From contig CAVRAO010000002.1 in assembly GCA_963719035.1 (NCBI GenBank), positions 416,001 through 480,000 on the forward strand: a stretch of 64,000 bases of DNA, written 5' to 3'. The stretch is from Methanobacteriota archaeon. GTDB lineage: Archaea > Halobacteriota > Bog-38 > Methanoflorentales > Methanoflorentaceae. A model generated the notes under the pieces. The model did no database searches. It was not told the origin of the DNA and was given only the letters and a program-made list of their open reading frames with translations. Shown here piece by piece: positions 20,736 through 32,449 of the stretch; positions within the stretch are counted from its first letter, which is position 1, and each line of letters begins with the position of its first letter. The position numbers and the translations under genes were made by a program.

Positions 20736-21638
20736 ATGTTCATAGGCGTTGACCACGGCACCCAAGCTGTTCGTTTTGCCACCCTAGATAACAGAAAGCT
20801 TGAACTTCCGAGAGAGAACATAGTCGAATCTTCCGTCATAAACGATGTCGAAGAGGGGTTAAATCTCAAACTTGAGTTCGTCAACCTTATTGGTCTCACG
20901 TACTCTATGGGAGACGGTATTACCAACATCACTAACATCAAAAAGGTCAGCAACAGGGGCCTCAAAGCTTCCGGCGGAGCCGGAACTTATGTTGGGGGAG
21001 GTACAGCGGTCTATGATGCGATTTACAGTTCGGATGCGCCTGCTATCGTATTGCCGGGAATCCACGATGAGTCAAATATAGACTCTCGAATGAAGTTCTT
21101 CTCTCACGGTGCTTCACCAGAAAAAGTTGGCTTGGCCTACTACGCCTTAAAGCATCACAATGAACAAGACTTCATTCTTTGCGACATAAGTTCGAACACG
21201 GTATCTCTCGCCGTCGCTGAATCGCGTATCATCGGAGCAATTGATGCTGCAATATTTGCCCCTGGAGTTGTGCAAGGGCCATTGGACCTCCAAGCGATAA
21301 GGGACGTTGACAGCGGATTTATGACCGCTAACGAAGCTTTTTCTCACGGCGGTCTTTTAAAACGTCACCTTGATGAGAGCGGTATGATAGAGACCTTAGC
21401 ATTGTTTGCAGCTATGGAGATCAGCGCATTGCAGGTTCTCCTGCGCGATTATACGACAGATGGCTCGATATTCTTGGCGGGTTCCGCATCGCCTAACATT
21501 AAGGATCTGTTGGAAGAGCACCTTAGCATTCCTTCAATTGTACTTGAGCCTTGGAGCGCTGCAAAGGGTTGCGCCACTGTCGCCAAAGACGTATGGGAGG
21601 GCGCCTCCGACATTTTAGGGATCCCGGTCGATCTCTGA
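20736..21638 (+). CDS. Methanogenesis marker protein 12 (UPF0285)
   Basis: MFIGVDHGT, TYSMGDGI, GAGTYVGGGT, SHGASPEKVG, DISSNTV, GPLDLQAIR. Confidence 0.88.
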   Translation: MFIGVDHGTQAVRFATLDNRKLELPRENIVESSVINDVEEGLNLKLEFVNLIGLTYSMGDGITNITNIKKVSNRGLKASGGAGTYVGGGTAVYDAIYSSDAPAIVLPGIHDESNIDSRMKFFSHGASPEKVGLAYYALKHHNEQDFILCDISSNTVSLAVAESRIIGAIDAAIFAPGVVQGPLDLQAIRDVDSGFMTANEAFSHGGLLKRHLDESGMIETLALFAAMEISALQVLLRDYTTDGSIFLAGSASPNIKDLLEEHLSIPSIVLEPWSAAKGCATVAKDVWEGASDILGIPVDL

Positions 21639-21821
21639 CCGAACTGATCATACATCGCTTTAACAACAAAGCATCCAGTCGCACCTCTTAAACTGCGGAA
21701 ACTGATCAAATAATTGTTTCAAATTACTCGAAATCGTTAAAAGAGCGTTTATATCACAAGACAACGTTAGAAAAAATTAAAGCAGATTGAACGTCTAAAG
21801 ATGAGCAATGGAGGCCATTAA

Positions 21822-22772
21822 GTGAAAGAGGTACGCATACATGGCAGAGGCGGTCAGGGCTCCGTCACCGCCGCTGAACTACTCGCAGTCGCAGCTTTCG
21901 AGGATGGAAAATTTAGTCAAGCATTCCCCTTTTTTGGCGTTGAGAGACGCGGTGCACCGGTCACAGCATTTGCACGCCTAAGTGATAAGAAAATTCGACT
22001 GAGAAGCCAGATCTACGAACCTGACTATGTTATCGTTCAAGACGCAACGCTGATTTCAGCCGTTGATGTTACCGCTGGACTAAAGCCTGACGGAATCGTA
22101 ATCGTTAACTCCGAAAAATCAGCTGAAGACGTTGGACTCGACGCAGGGATCGATGTACGGACGATCGATGCTACAGGATTAGCTTTGGATATTATCGGCA
22201 GGCCGATCGTTAACACAACCTTGCTAGGCGCATTCGCAGGCGGCACCGGTGAGATCGGTATCGATTCGATCAAGCAATCGATTCTTGCTCGATTTCCTGG
22301 AAAAATCGGCGAAGTGAACGTGCAAGCTGCCGAAAAAGCCTACCAGCTTACGGCGTCCGCCAAAAGAAAGCCGCATAAAAAGATTAAATCTCGGAAAAAG
22401 GTCGCTGTTACAAAGGAATCGGAAAAAATCCAGATGGGGGCAATCGGAAAGCCCGGAACCTCAGAAGTCACACGAACTGGCGATTGGCGAACTTTTTACC
22501 CTGAATTTGACATGGAGCAATGCACTCGCTGCGGCAAATGTCAAGAGAGTTGTCCTGACGCGGCCATCCATGAGCGAGAGTTAAGCGGTCGCGAAGCCAC
22601 AGAGGCCCTAAAGAGAGCAGAAGATCTTGAAAAAGCGGGTAAAATAAAGAAGGCTGCTGCTAAGAAGGCACATATTCGGTATGAACTAGATCCGACATAT
22701 TGCAAAGGGTGTGGGATATGCGCTAACGAGTGCCCGATTCAAGGTATCAAGATGAAGCTGGAGGAAAAGTAG
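21822..22772 (+). CDS. porC: Pyruvate:ferredoxin oxidoreductase gamma-delta fusion
   Basis: [20 protein letters not shown] (gamma), Lys-rich linker, then [29 protein letters not shown] (delta). Confidence 0.9.
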   Translation: MKEVRIHGRGGQGSVTAAELLAVAAFEDGKFSQAFPFFGVERRGAPVTAFARLSDKKIRLRSQIYEPDYVIVQDATLISAVDVTAGLKPDGIVIVNSEKSAEDVGLDAGIDVRTIDATGLALDIIGRPIVNTTLLGAFAGGTGEIGIDSIKQSILARFPGKIGEVNVQAAEKAYQLTASAKRKPHKKIKSRKKVAVTKESEKIQMGAIGKPGTSEVTRTGDWRTFYPEFDMEQCTRCGKCQESCPDAAIHERELSGREATEALKRAEDLEKAGKIKKAAAKKAHIRYELDPTYCKGCGICANECPIQGIKMKLEEK

Positions 22773-22773
22773 C

Positions 22774-23958
22774 ATGATAGATATAATGGAAGGCTCTCAC
22801 GCAATTGCACTCGCAGTTAAAGCAGCGAGGCCAAACGTCGTGGCCGCTTATCCCATAACCCCTCAGACGCACATCGTTGAAGACATCTCCCAACTAATTG
22901 CCGATGGAGATCTCGAGGCGGAATACGTGAAAGTTGAGTCCGAGCATTCTGCGATGTCAGTGTGTGTTGGAGCAAGCGCAACAGGGGCTCGAACGTATAC
23001 TGCAACAACTTCACAAGGTCTAGCACTGATGCACGAGGTACTGTTCAACGCGGCAGGGATGCGATTGCCAATCGCTATGACAGTCGCCAACAGAGCGCTC
23101 TCCGCACCCCTTAACATATGGAATGACCATCAAGATTCTATTTCTGAGCGCGATTCAGGCTGGATTCAAATCTACGTAGAGGATAACACTGAAGCAAGCG
23201 ATCTCACGATACAAGCATACAAAATCGCAGAAGATAAGAGAATTCAAGTCCCTATCATGGTGTGTATGGACGGCTTCACGCTCACACATACCTACGAACC
23301 CGTAGAACTCCTCGACCAAGATCTAGTTGATGATTTTTTGCCACCTTATGCACCGACAGACTACCTAACTGTTGACGATCCAAAGACCTTCGGCATGTTT
23401 GCTGATCCGAATTATTACACCGAGTTCCGCTACCAGAATCACCAAGCGCTAGAGGCAGCCAAAACGGTCATCGCAGAAGTGTCGAGAGAATTCGGTGAAG
23501 TTTTTGGAAGAGATCATGGTGGACTTATCGAAGAGTACCGCTGTGATGGCGCCGAATACGTGTTGATGGCGATGGGATCTGTAGTCGGCACTTTGAAGGA
23601 CACCGTTGACGATCTTCGAGACGCCGGTATTCGAGCAGGTGCTATTAAGCTACGTTCATACCGTCCTTTTCCGGCCGAGGATGTTCGAAGCGCATTGGCT
23701 GACATAGAAGCCGTCGGCATTTTGGACAAAAACATCTCGCTTGGTTCTGGAGGGGCACTTTCTGCCGATGTGAAATCTGCCCTTTATCGCGGCAAGAGCA
23801 CTCCAAAGGTGTTCAGCTTCATTGCGGGTCTTGGAGGGAGGGACATACCGAAAGGAATGTTCGTTAAGATGTTTGACTGCATGCGCGAGAACAAGAAGAT
23901 ATCAACGAGTGAGTTTTTCGACTTAAGAACGGAGATTCTGGAGTTCCAAGAGGTTTAG
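22774..23958 (+). CDS. porA: Pyruvate:ferredoxin oxidoreductase alpha subunit
   Basis: AYPITPQT, VESEHSAMS, ANRALSAPLNIWNDHQD, GLGGRD. Confidence 0.93.
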   Translation: MIDIMEGSHAIALAVKAARPNVVAAYPITPQTHIVEDISQLIADGDLEAEYVKVESEHSAMSVCVGASATGARTYTATTSQGLALMHEVLFNAAGMRLPIAMTVANRALSAPLNIWNDHQDSISERDSGWIQIYVEDNTEASDLTIQAYKIAEDKRIQVPIMVCMDGFTLTHTYEPVELLDQDLVDDFLPPYAPTDYLTVDDPKTFGMFADPNYYTEFRYQNHQALEAAKTVIAEVSREFGEVFGRDHGGLIEEYRCDGAEYVLMAMGSVVGTLKDTVDDLRDAGIRAGAIKLRSYRPFPAEDVRSALADIEAVGILDKNISLGSGGALSADVKSALYRGKSTPKVFSFIAGLGGRDIPKGMFVKMFDCMRENKKISTSEFFDLRTEILEFQEV

Positions 23959-23960
23959 AC

Positions 23961-24884
23961 ATGCAAGCAAAATACGATGAGGGATCGATAGACCTTTTAG
24001 CGTCCGGTCACAAAGCGTGCGCCGGATGTGGCGCGGCACTCACGATACAGGCGATTCTAAGAGCGACCGGTGCAAAAGTACTTGTTGCAAACGCAACCGG
24101 CTGTATGGAAATCATTTCGTCGCAATATCCGCAATCCGCCTGGAAAGTACCGTGGATCCACTCTCTCTTTGAAAACACTGCGGCAGTCGCCTCTGGAATT
24201 GAAGTTGCGCTCAAAGCACTGGGCAGGAGCGAAGAGGGCAATGTGGTTGTAATAGCGGGTGACGGGGGGACTGTCGATATTGGCATGCAGGCTATCTCCG
24301 GAATGCTCGAGAGAGGTCACGACGTCTGCTATGTTTGCTACGACAATGAAGCCTATATGAACACGGGAAACCAGCGAAGTGGCTCTACGCCGTTAGATGC
24401 GTCCACTACAACGAGTCCATTCGGCAAGAGATCGTTCGGAAATGATCGACCGAAAAAGAACATGCCGGCTATAGCGGCAGCTCACGGGATTCCCTACGTA
24501 GCGACTACCTCTGTCGGCTATCCACGGGACTTAACAAAGAAAGTGCAAAAGGGCATTTCTGTCAGCGGCCCAGCGTATCTGCAAATTCACGCTCCCTGTA
24601 ACATTGGATGGGGCTTCGACAGCGCGAAGACGATAGAAATCGCACGACTCGCAGTAGACACCGGGCTTTGGATGATGTACGAAATCGTCAATGGGGAGCT
24701 CGTCAACGTAATGAAGGTGCGCAACCAACAACCCGTTGAAGACTATCTCAAGCTCCAGAAGCGATTTGCTCACCTCTTCAAAATGCCTGGAGGCGACGCC
24801 CAGATCAAACTCATACAAGAGCTTGCAAATGATAACCTGAAGAGGTACACTCAGAAAGAAGCCGGTGACATTCAGACATCATAA
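23961..24884 (+). CDS. porB: Pyruvate:ferredoxin oxidoreductase beta subunit
   Basis: GHKACAGCG, ATGCMEI, GDGGTVDIG, YDNEAYMNTG. Confidence 0.93.
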   Translation: MQAKYDEGSIDLLASGHKACAGCGAALTIQAILRATGAKVLVANATGCMEIISSQYPQSAWKVPWIHSLFENTAAVASGIEVALKALGRSEEGNVVVIAGDGGTVDIGMQAISGMLERGHDVCYVCYDNEAYMNTGNQRSGSTPLDASTTTSPFGKRSFGNDRPKKNMPAIAAAHGIPYVATTSVGYPRDLTKKVQKGISVSGPAYLQIHAPCNIGWGFDSAKTIEIARLAVDTGLWMMYEIVNGELVNVMKVRNQQPVEDYLKLQKRFAHLFKMPGGDAQIKLIQELANDNLKRYTQKEAGDIQTS

Positions 24885-24974
24885 ATACTTCAACGAGGCG
24901 TTACCTGTCCCTAAACTGTTAACTGACGATTCAAAGCTGAAGGGGCGATTGAGAGTCACACGTCTTATTCAAAC

Positions 24975-26201
24975 TCATTCAAGCTCTGAGAGGGTAGAAT
25001 AAAGCGCATCAAAATTCGCATCTACCTCAATAGGTGGGTGGCAGGCTTTCATAATGGCTTCTGGGTCTTTCAGAAGATGGCCTGTTGCAACGCAAACAAC
25101 AACCTCATCGCGATCTACGGTCCCTTGCGCAATGAGCTTCCGCAGTCCTGCGAGAGAAGCTGCACTTGCCGGTTCAACGCCGATGCCCTCTAACCGTGCC
25201 AAGTCTTTTTGAGCTTTGAGGATCTCTTGATCTGTTACAGATTCTGCGGTGCCGTTAGATTGTCTGATCGCTCGTAAGGCTTTTGGAGCGTTGATAGGGT
25301 CGCCAATTCTGATCGCTGTCGCAACGGTTTTGGGTTCAGCCACTGGTTCAATCCGATCCAACCCACGGCGAAAAGCGTTCACAATCGGAGCAGAACGGCT
25401 TGCCTGTATTCCTGTCATCATCGGGACGTTGTGAATGATATCTAGTTCGCGGAATTCTTTAAACCCTTTATAAATTGCGCTGATATTTCCTGCGTTGCCA
25501 ACGGGCAAGATTACCCTGTCCGGGACGTTCTCCTTCTCATTCTTAATTGTGGCAAGTTGATCAATCGTTTCAAATGCAATCGTCTTTTGTCCTTCGAGCC
25601 TGTAAGGGTTTACTGAGTTTAACAAGTAGAACCCTTTTTCTGAGCAGACTCTTTGAATGAGAAGGAGAGCATCGTCGAAGTTGCCTTTAACGGCCACCAC
25701 AATAGCACCGTGCATGAGTGCTTGGGCGACCTTTCCTAATGCTACATAGCCACTGGGTAAGAGGACAAGTGCCTTCATACCGGCTTTTGCAGCGTAAATC
25801 GCCATAGAGGCTGACGTATTCCCGGTAGAAGCACACGCTAATATCTTCATCCCGAGTTCCGCGGCCCTCGAGACCCCCACTGTCATGCCCCTATCTTTAA
25901 ACGACCCCGTTGGATTCATCCCTTCGTGTTTAACGTAAAGCTCCTTGACACCGCATTCTGCTTCAAGCCGTTTACACCTATAGAGGGGCGTGCCCCCCTC
26001 CATTAGCGAGATGGGAACTCCTGAAATCGGAAGGAGTTCGCGATATTTCCATACGTGTGGCGGAATAGCTGTGCGGTCTCTTAAACTGAAGTTAATTTCC
26101 GACAGGTCATACCTGATTTCAAGGAGGCCATCGCAACTGCATGTATTCACGACGGTCGAGAGGTCGTGTTTCTTGCCGCACTCGATACATTCTAAATTCA
26201 T
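24975..26201 (-). CDS. thrC: Threonine synthase
   Basis: KHEGMNPTGSFKDRG, CASTGNTSAS, NSVNPYRLEGQKT, PVGNAGNI, TGHLLKDP. Confidence 0.95.
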   Translation of the reverse strand: MNLECIECGKKHDLSTVVNTCSCDGLLEIRYDLSEINFSLRDRTAIPPHVWKYRELLPISGVPISLMEGGTPLYRCKRLEAECGVKELYVKHEGMNPTGSFKDRGMTVGVSRAAELGMKILACASTGNTSASMAIYAAKAGMKALVLLPSGYVALGKVAQALMHGAIVVAVKGNFDDALLLIQRVCSEKGFYLLNSVNPYRLEGQKTIAFETIDQLATIKNEKENVPDRVILPVGNAGNISAIYKGFKEFRELDIIHNVPMMTGIQASRSAPIVNAFRRGLDRIEPVAEPKTVATAIRIGDPINAPKALRAIRQSNGTAESVTDQEILKAQKDLARLEGIGVEPASAASLAGLRKLIAQGTVDRDEVVVCVATGHLLKDPEAIMKACHPPIEVDANFDALYSTLSELE

Positions 26202-26205
26202 TTCG

Positions 26206-29030
26206 TCAACCTGTTTGCTCGATTTCCTCGAGCTTGTCGCTTACGAGCCTCAACGCTTTGTCCACGGCCTCATAGATCTTGTCAGCGTCTGGGCCGCCTC
26301 CCTGCGCTCTCTCAAGCCGCCCACCCCCATTGCCGCCGAGTATACTACTCGCCTCTTTTGCTATCAAAGCCGCGTTTAAACCTTTTTTCGCTATATCAGA
26401 GCGAACTGTAATAACGATATGTGCTTGGCCTGAACTTACACCTCCAAGGATGGCCACTGTATTGTCGTTTACCAGTCCCTGCGAGGTATGCAGTAGCTCT
26501 TTTATATCAGCGTCAATTATCCAGCTTAAGATCTTAATGTATTCGGTCCCAAGCTTCATTTCTTTTACTAACGGCTTTGATGCTTTAACCTCACTATCCT
26601 TAACTTCCACTTCCGCAGAGGTTTTTTTTGCGGCCTGAAGTCTAACCTCAGTCAGTTTCTTCTTTAGTTCAGCATTCTCTTTGCCTCTTTGTTTCCACTC
26701 CTGAAAAAAGCGACCTGCTGTTAACGGAAGTTGTTCTGTTGGGACTCGCAGCACGCGAGAGGATTCGCTAAGGATCATATCGCGCTGCTGATCGTATAAA
26801 ACGGCAGCTACACCAGCAGCAAATTCAAAGCGTTCAACTCCATCTTGTATTCGCTCTGTCCTGATGATTCGCAATGGTCCGATTTTTCCAGGTACTGGTC
26901 ATATGGGTTCCAGCGCATGCCTGGACGTCGCTGCCGACTCTGACGATTCGAATAACCTCTCCCGGCGGCACGCCACCCTGGTAAAGACCAAATCCGTATG
27001 TCTGTTCTGCTTCGTTGCGGTCCATCCACTTCTGCTCTACCGCGGTGTCGGTCATAATCAATTCATTTGCTCTGAGCTCAATCTTTTTCCTTTCGTCATC
27101 AGTCACTTTCTTGTAGTGCGAAACGTCAAGACGCGAGCTTTTGACACCCTTCTGTGCTCCTTCCTGCCAGATGTGACCCCCTAGTTCGTCTCTAATAGAT
27201 GCAAGCAGAACGTGTGTTGCAGTATGATGGCGGGCGAGAGACTGCCTTCTTTTTACGTCTATATCACCTGTTACTTGATCGCCAACCGAAAAAGGCGCGA
27301 CGTCCTCAACTTCATGTATAATCGCATGCCCCTGAAGTCGTGCTAGACGCACTCGAACTTTCTTTCCCGATTGTGCCGTAAAATAGCCCGTGTCTTCTGG
27401 CTGTCCACCGCCACCAGGGTAGAACAACGTTTTATCCAGAATTATGCCGTCTTCCAGTATCCCAACTATATGAGCTTCAAAGGTCACCTGTTCAGGTTCA
27501 TCGTAGAATAATCGACGGGTCACAGGCAAGCTTTGAACAGCTTCGGGGGTTAATTCTTCGACTTCTTCAAACCGTTCATGTGTCGCTGCGACTAGCGAAT
27601 AAAAATCGTCCAGCAGTTCAACGCGCGCACCAATTTCCGTAGCTACTTCTTTAACAATCTCTGGAGGCACACCATGGGAGTCGTACATCTTAATGACCTC
27701 AGCAGTTGGAAAACTCTGCCCTCGATAACGCTGCGCCAAGCTTGACACACGTCTCCTACCCTTATCTATGGTGCTGCTATACTTCTCAGTTTCATTTCGT
27801 ATTATGTCAATTACGGTGTCTGCCCGCTCTGTGTATTTAGGAAAAGCGTTAAGGCCCTCTATCTGTTTCACGATGATCTTTTCTAACGGGATAACAGAAC
27901 TCAAACTCTGCAACGAGCGGAGTAACCTTTCTTATTACTAGACGAGCGAGATATCCAGCTTTCACGTTAGAAGGGACTACCCCATCACCTAACATGAAAA
28001 CAAGACACCGCGAGTGATCGGCAATTGTGTATAACGTCTCAATAGGTTCCACAATTCTTACCAGCTCGTCAACATCGATGCCTATACTCCTAGCAACTCT
28101 TTTCCGAAGATCGAGCAAGTTGGAAGCGTTCAAGTCAACCATGCCAGCAAATCGCGCATTTTGGGCTAAAATATGTGAATAATAGGGGTCTTCAAGCGAG
28201 TGCTCAAGGCCGGTACATTCGATCAGATAGTTTACAATGTCTGGCATTACAGCGTCGTATATCGTAGGCATGCCGTTACCTGCCCATACCATACGTTCTA
28301 AACCATAACCTGTATCAACGATCGAATTTTTCATGTGCGTATAGCACTCACCTTTGATCGTTGTCCCGGTTTTTGACCGCTCCATGTCCATAAAAACGAG
28401 CGTAGCAAGCTCTAAACCACCAACAAGCACCTCTAAAGAGATTCCAGCATTACCACCGCCTGCCCAAGGGGTCTCCTTATAAGTAACGGACGCGGGTGCT
28501 GCTCCAAGCTCGTGCAACAGACTATCGCAATACTGCACGGTTTCATTTTTCCAATAGATGTGATTATCAAGATCGTTAAACGCGTGATGGGCCATCATTT
28601 CAAAGTTAGTTAAGTGCCTACCACTTTTACCGACCGTATCAATATCCTTTAGCCGAATGCAAGGCTGTGATATCGTGAGTGGGTTGGCAGGTGGGGGAAC
28701 CTTTCCTGAGGTTACAAGCGGCTGAAAATCGTAAATAGAAGCGTTTACTAACAGCACATCTTCCCTCCACCGAGCAATTACGGGGTACGGAGAGATGCGC
28801 ACATGCCCCCGGCGCTCAAAAAACGATAGATAGGCTTCCCTAAGTGCATCAGGCTCATGCTTTTTCAAAACGGGAGCTCCGATAAACGTATATGGCGCGC
28901 ACGGTGCGTCACCACACGTATCTTGCTCTTCTCGCGCCCAAAAGCGACTACCGCAGCTGCTGCATGATCTTGATTCGAAGTTGTTGTTTAAATATTCAAG
29001 AGCACCAAGGCTTAACTGCTTGTTTACCAT
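26206..29030 (-). CDS. alaS: Alanyl-tRNA synthetase, broken into three ORFs by two +1 indels (near 27924 and 26891)
   Basis: SQPCIR, GRHLTNFEMMAHH, DTGYGLER, HHTATH and QACAGTH editing motifs, GGG...AQGGG DHHA1; the fragments are colinear. Confidence 0.95.
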
Positions 29031-29133
29031 TTAGCACCGTCACGTGACAATATCAGCTTAAAAAGGCTGGATTGCCCTTTTTTAAGTAACTGGGTAGAAA
29101 GTATTAAAACGTTGCGCAGCTTAGTAAGAGCAT

Positions 29134-29337
29134 ATGAGTGAAGAGAGAGCCACCGAAGACGCTCAAGACGTTATAAAGAGGCTCAAGAAGCTAGTCGAGG
29201 CGGAATGTGGCCCCATCTTTATTTCTAAAATGCAGATTAGGGACCTCGCAGATTTATATAAGACGTATAAAAAGGAGTACGGACCAGATTTTGCAGCTGA
29301 AGAGATACAAAACAGGATTAAATCACAGTTGCGGTAG
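29134..29337 (+). CDS. Small hypothetical protein
   Basis: 67-aa ORF with ATG that fills the alaS-pdxS gap; charged helical composition. Confidence 0.55.
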   Translation: MSEERATEDAQDVIKRLKKLVEAECGPIFISKMQIRDLADLYKTYKKEYGPDFAAEEIQNRIKSQLR

Positions 29338-29397
29338 ACGGCTACATAAGGTTTATCTGTTCAAATGTTTATAACCTCGACCAAGAGAGTGATTTAA

Positions 29398-30294
29398 GTG
29401 GACATTGAAAAACTGCATCGCGGCACTGAATTGCTGAAAAGGGGTTTCGCCAAAATGCAGAAAGGCGGGGTCATAATGGATGTGACCACCGCAGAACAAG
29501 CGATTATCGCCGAAAAAGCCGGAGCTGTTGCAGTAATGGCGCTCCACGCTGTTCCTGCAGATATACGCAAGGCCGGGGGTGTTGCACGAATGGCCGACCC
29601 CTTAATTATCTCAGAGATTATTGATGCAGTTTCTATACCTGTCATGGCCAAGACAAGGATAGGCCATTTCGTAGAGGCTGAGATCTTAGAAGCGCTAGGC
29701 GTCGATATGATTGACGAGTCCGAAGTACTAACTCCTGCCGACGAGCAATTTCATATTGAGAAGCTTCATTTTACCACTCCTTTTATATGCGGAGCGCGAG
29801 ACCTTGGAGAAGCCTTAAGGCGGATTAACGAAGGAGCAGCAATGATCCGCACGAAAGGCGAAGCAGGAACTGGAGACGTATCAGAAGCCGTGAGACACAT
29901 GCGGGCAATAATGAGTAAGATCAGAGAACTCAAAGGCAAAACCGAGCAAGAAATCAACCGCGTCGCCCGTGAAATCGAAGCACCCTATGAATTAACAGCC
30001 GAAACAGCTGAAATGCAGAGGTTGCCTGTAGTTAATTTCGCCGCCGGAGGAATCGCTACACCGGCCGACGCCGCACTTATGATGAAAATGGGCGCCGACG
30101 GTGTTTTCGTTGGTTCTGGAATCTTTAAATCAGAACAACCGGAAGTGATGGCTAAGGCTATCGTTGAAGCGGTCAATAACTTCGACGATCCTAAAGCATT
30201 GGCAGAAATCTCCAAAGGTTTAGGGCTGCCTATGAAAGGTATGTCAATAGGTCAGATACCGAAGGAAGAAATCTTGCAGACTCGTGGGTGGTAA
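29398..30294 (+). CDS. pdxS: Pyridoxal 5'-phosphate synthase lyase subunit
   Basis: [52 protein letters not shown]. Confidence 0.97.
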   Translation: MDIEKLHRGTELLKRGFAKMQKGGVIMDVTTAEQAIIAEKAGAVAVMALHAVPADIRKAGGVARMADPLIISEIIDAVSIPVMAKTRIGHFVEAEILEALGVDMIDESEVLTPADEQFHIEKLHFTTPFICGARDLGEALRRINEGAAMIRTKGEAGTGDVSEAVRHMRAIMSKIRELKGKTEQEINRVAREIEAPYELTAETAEMQRLPVVNFAAGGIATPADAALMMKMGADGVFVGSGIFKSEQPEVMAKAIVEAVNNFDDPKALAEISKGLGLPMKGMSIGQIPKEEILQTRGW

Positions 30295-30568
30295 GCAGAT
30301 CCTCAAAGGCCCATCAGATTCGCACACAGACTCATTAGAGTCAGAATTGAACATTTTTTCGAGTGAAGAATTCTCTTTCTGCTTGACCTTTCTATCTGTG
30401 AATTTTAGAGATGCAAAAACCTGCTAAAAAATCAGCTTGCTAACATAAAGCGGTCAAGCAAAAACGCTGCTATATAAGGCTCTGCAGCTTTGAAAAATGC
30501 CTGGCAGGTAACCTATAAGAAATTACGTGTAACCAAACAGTCGCAAGCACCACTTGCTGAAACTCGCT

Positions 30569-31576
30569 CTACAGCGACTTTATGAAATCATAAGTTAGCT
30601 TTCTTACTTCAGCGAGTAGATCCAAGTAATCTTTTGTTGAAAAAGTCAGTGGTATCAGTTCTCCCAAGGATGCAGTGCTAGGCCACTGGGCTGGTGCTGG
30701 CGTGTTTAGCACAACATAGTCCTCATTTTGAATATTCGATTCCTCTAGTATTTTCTCAAGTGCGTATACTGAGCGGTTCTCAAATACAGGGATCTGATAA
30801 TATTCTTCAATCGTAGGGTATGTGTCGCCGTCACGCGTGTAGTTTACGTACGTCGTTGCATTGATCAAACGATATGGAGGGAATACCTCTTCCCTGCTTA
30901 CGTCGAGATAATCCGCATCATCCCATTCGACAGAGCCAAACAGCTCACGATGTATCCACTTGAGATCAGCTCTTCGGTGCAACGACCTCGCGATGTCGAT
31001 ACATTTTAGCAGTATGACGCTGAGCGTTTCATTAGAATCGAGATCATCTTTTACTTCGCTTATCTTCTTCGTCAGACCCTGTTGATCAAGCACAGACTCA
31101 TTGGGTGTGATCGCCTCATTGTAACTTAATGCAGTAAGCTCCTCATGAATCTCCGCAGCCTGATCAGCACTCGCTGTAACTGCTGCCACATTAACGTTAC
31201 CCTTAATTATTATGGTAGTATCATGAGGAAGTTGCGGAGCTGGCATTTGCTCCCTTTCCTCTAAATGTAAATCGTGAAAAAGGTCAGATGTAGGTGGGAC
31301 AACCTCTTTCTCCGATGCCTCCGAAAGCGGTATCGCCGTTGTTTCTCTAAATGCTTCGGGGGTAGCTATCTCTTCAAAGCTTTCGGTATTAGGGGCTTCC
31401 TGATCGACGGACGTTCTTGCTTCTTGTGCCGTCGCACTCCGCCGACGGGCTCTTATTACTAATGCAACAGCAATGATAATTATCAAAACAGCCAACCCAA
31501 TTGCTATAATGACACCCGTACTTTGAGAGAGTTGCAAGTTACTGGGCAGTTGGGGGACAGTTTGTAAGATTGACAT
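30569..31576 (-). CDS. Membrane-anchored protein with acidic linker and AbiTii-like C-terminal domain
   Basis: N-terminal TM helix followed by RARRR; LSVILLKCIDIARSL...LKWIHRELFG...FPPYRLI resembles the AbiTii consensus. Confidence 0.55.
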   Translation of the reverse strand: MSILQTVPQLPSNLQLSQSTGVIIAIGLAVLIIIIAVALVIRARRRSATAQEARTSVDQEAPNTESFEEIATPEAFRETTAIPLSEASEKEVVPPTSDLFHDLHLEEREQMPAPQLPHDTTIIIKGNVNVAAVTASADQAAEIHEELTALSYNEAITPNESVLDQQGLTKKISEVKDDLDSNETLSVILLKCIDIARSLHRRADLKWIHRELFGSVEWDDADYLDVSREEVFPPYRLINATTYVNYTRDGDTYPTIEEYYQIPVFENRSVYALEKILEESNIQNEDYVVLNTPAPAQWPSTASLGELIPLTFSTKDYLDLLAEVRKLTYDFIKSL

Positions 31577-32131
31577 CAGATCACCTCAGAAACTACTTAT
31601 GAGTATAGATAGATGCTCATAGATAAACCCTCTGGTGCGTTGTATTACGCTACAGCAAGCAGCTCGTCCGGTGAAGGTGTTTACCGTATTCGCCTTAAGC
31701 ATCCGAAAGTTAAGGTTAATCTGAAGTCAAAGGTTACTAAGTGAATTCATGCAAGGGGACTTTCCTCTGCACGACCAAAGATAAAAAAGTGACCCTTCAC
31801 TAACCACGACAAAACGATCTTGAACGCTGCGTATTTGAGGAGTCAGTTTCAACTTTGCTAATATCAAGCTTTTAGCTTAAAGTCAGTCTTCTTGTTGCTG
31901 GAAGCAGCAAAAGACACACAATGCCTTTTATTTCGTCAAACTGTAAGATCTTGGAGCTTAGAGTCGCCCATCTATTCATTTTCAGCTTCTCAAATCACTG
32001 CAGAATGACAGATTAGCTGGTCGGCCTGTGAAAAGACAAGCGTTGCGATATGGAAACGTTTTTAGACTAGAAGAGCCTAACCGAAGGGGTGGCCTTTCTA
32101 CGGGGGTTTCTACTGAATTGGCAGGTGCGCA

Positions 32132-32359
32132 ATGACATTTAAGGATTCGCTTATCTCAGCGTTACTGATTGTCGCAGTAATTGTTATACTGATCCTCTTT
32201 TTACTGCTTGGTTGGTGGATTGGTAGTCTGATACTCCCCATGCTAGCGTTCAGCGGCTGGCTTAACATCTTCGCCATCATCATCCAAACCGTGGTCGGCT
32301 TGCTCATAATTGGGGTCGTAATCGTAATTGTCGGCTACATCGCTTTGAAACTTATATAG
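32132..32359 (+). CDS. Small two-helix membrane protein
   Basis: 75 aa, almost entirely hydrophobic; followed by a T-rich terminator. Confidence 0.6.
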   Translation: MTFKDSLISALLIVAVIVILILFLLLGWWIGSLILPMLAFSGWLNIFAIIIQTVVGLLIIGVVIVIVGYIALKLI

Positions 32360-32398
32360 CCGAAGCGGGCTTTCAAAGCTCCTTTTTTTATTTTTTTA
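32360..32398 (+). terminator. Oligo-T archaeal terminator
   Basis: TTTTTTTATTTTTTT directly downstream of the ORF. Confidence 0.45.
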
Positions 32399-32449
32399 AG
32401 CTGCAAACGACGCTGTGTCAGCTCATAGATGATGCAACGTAACAGGTCG

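Noticed and set aside
26206-29030. Genuinely split alaS or pseudogene
   Set aside because: The breaks fall inside conserved motifs, each is fixed by removing one base at GTAC, and the gene is essential.
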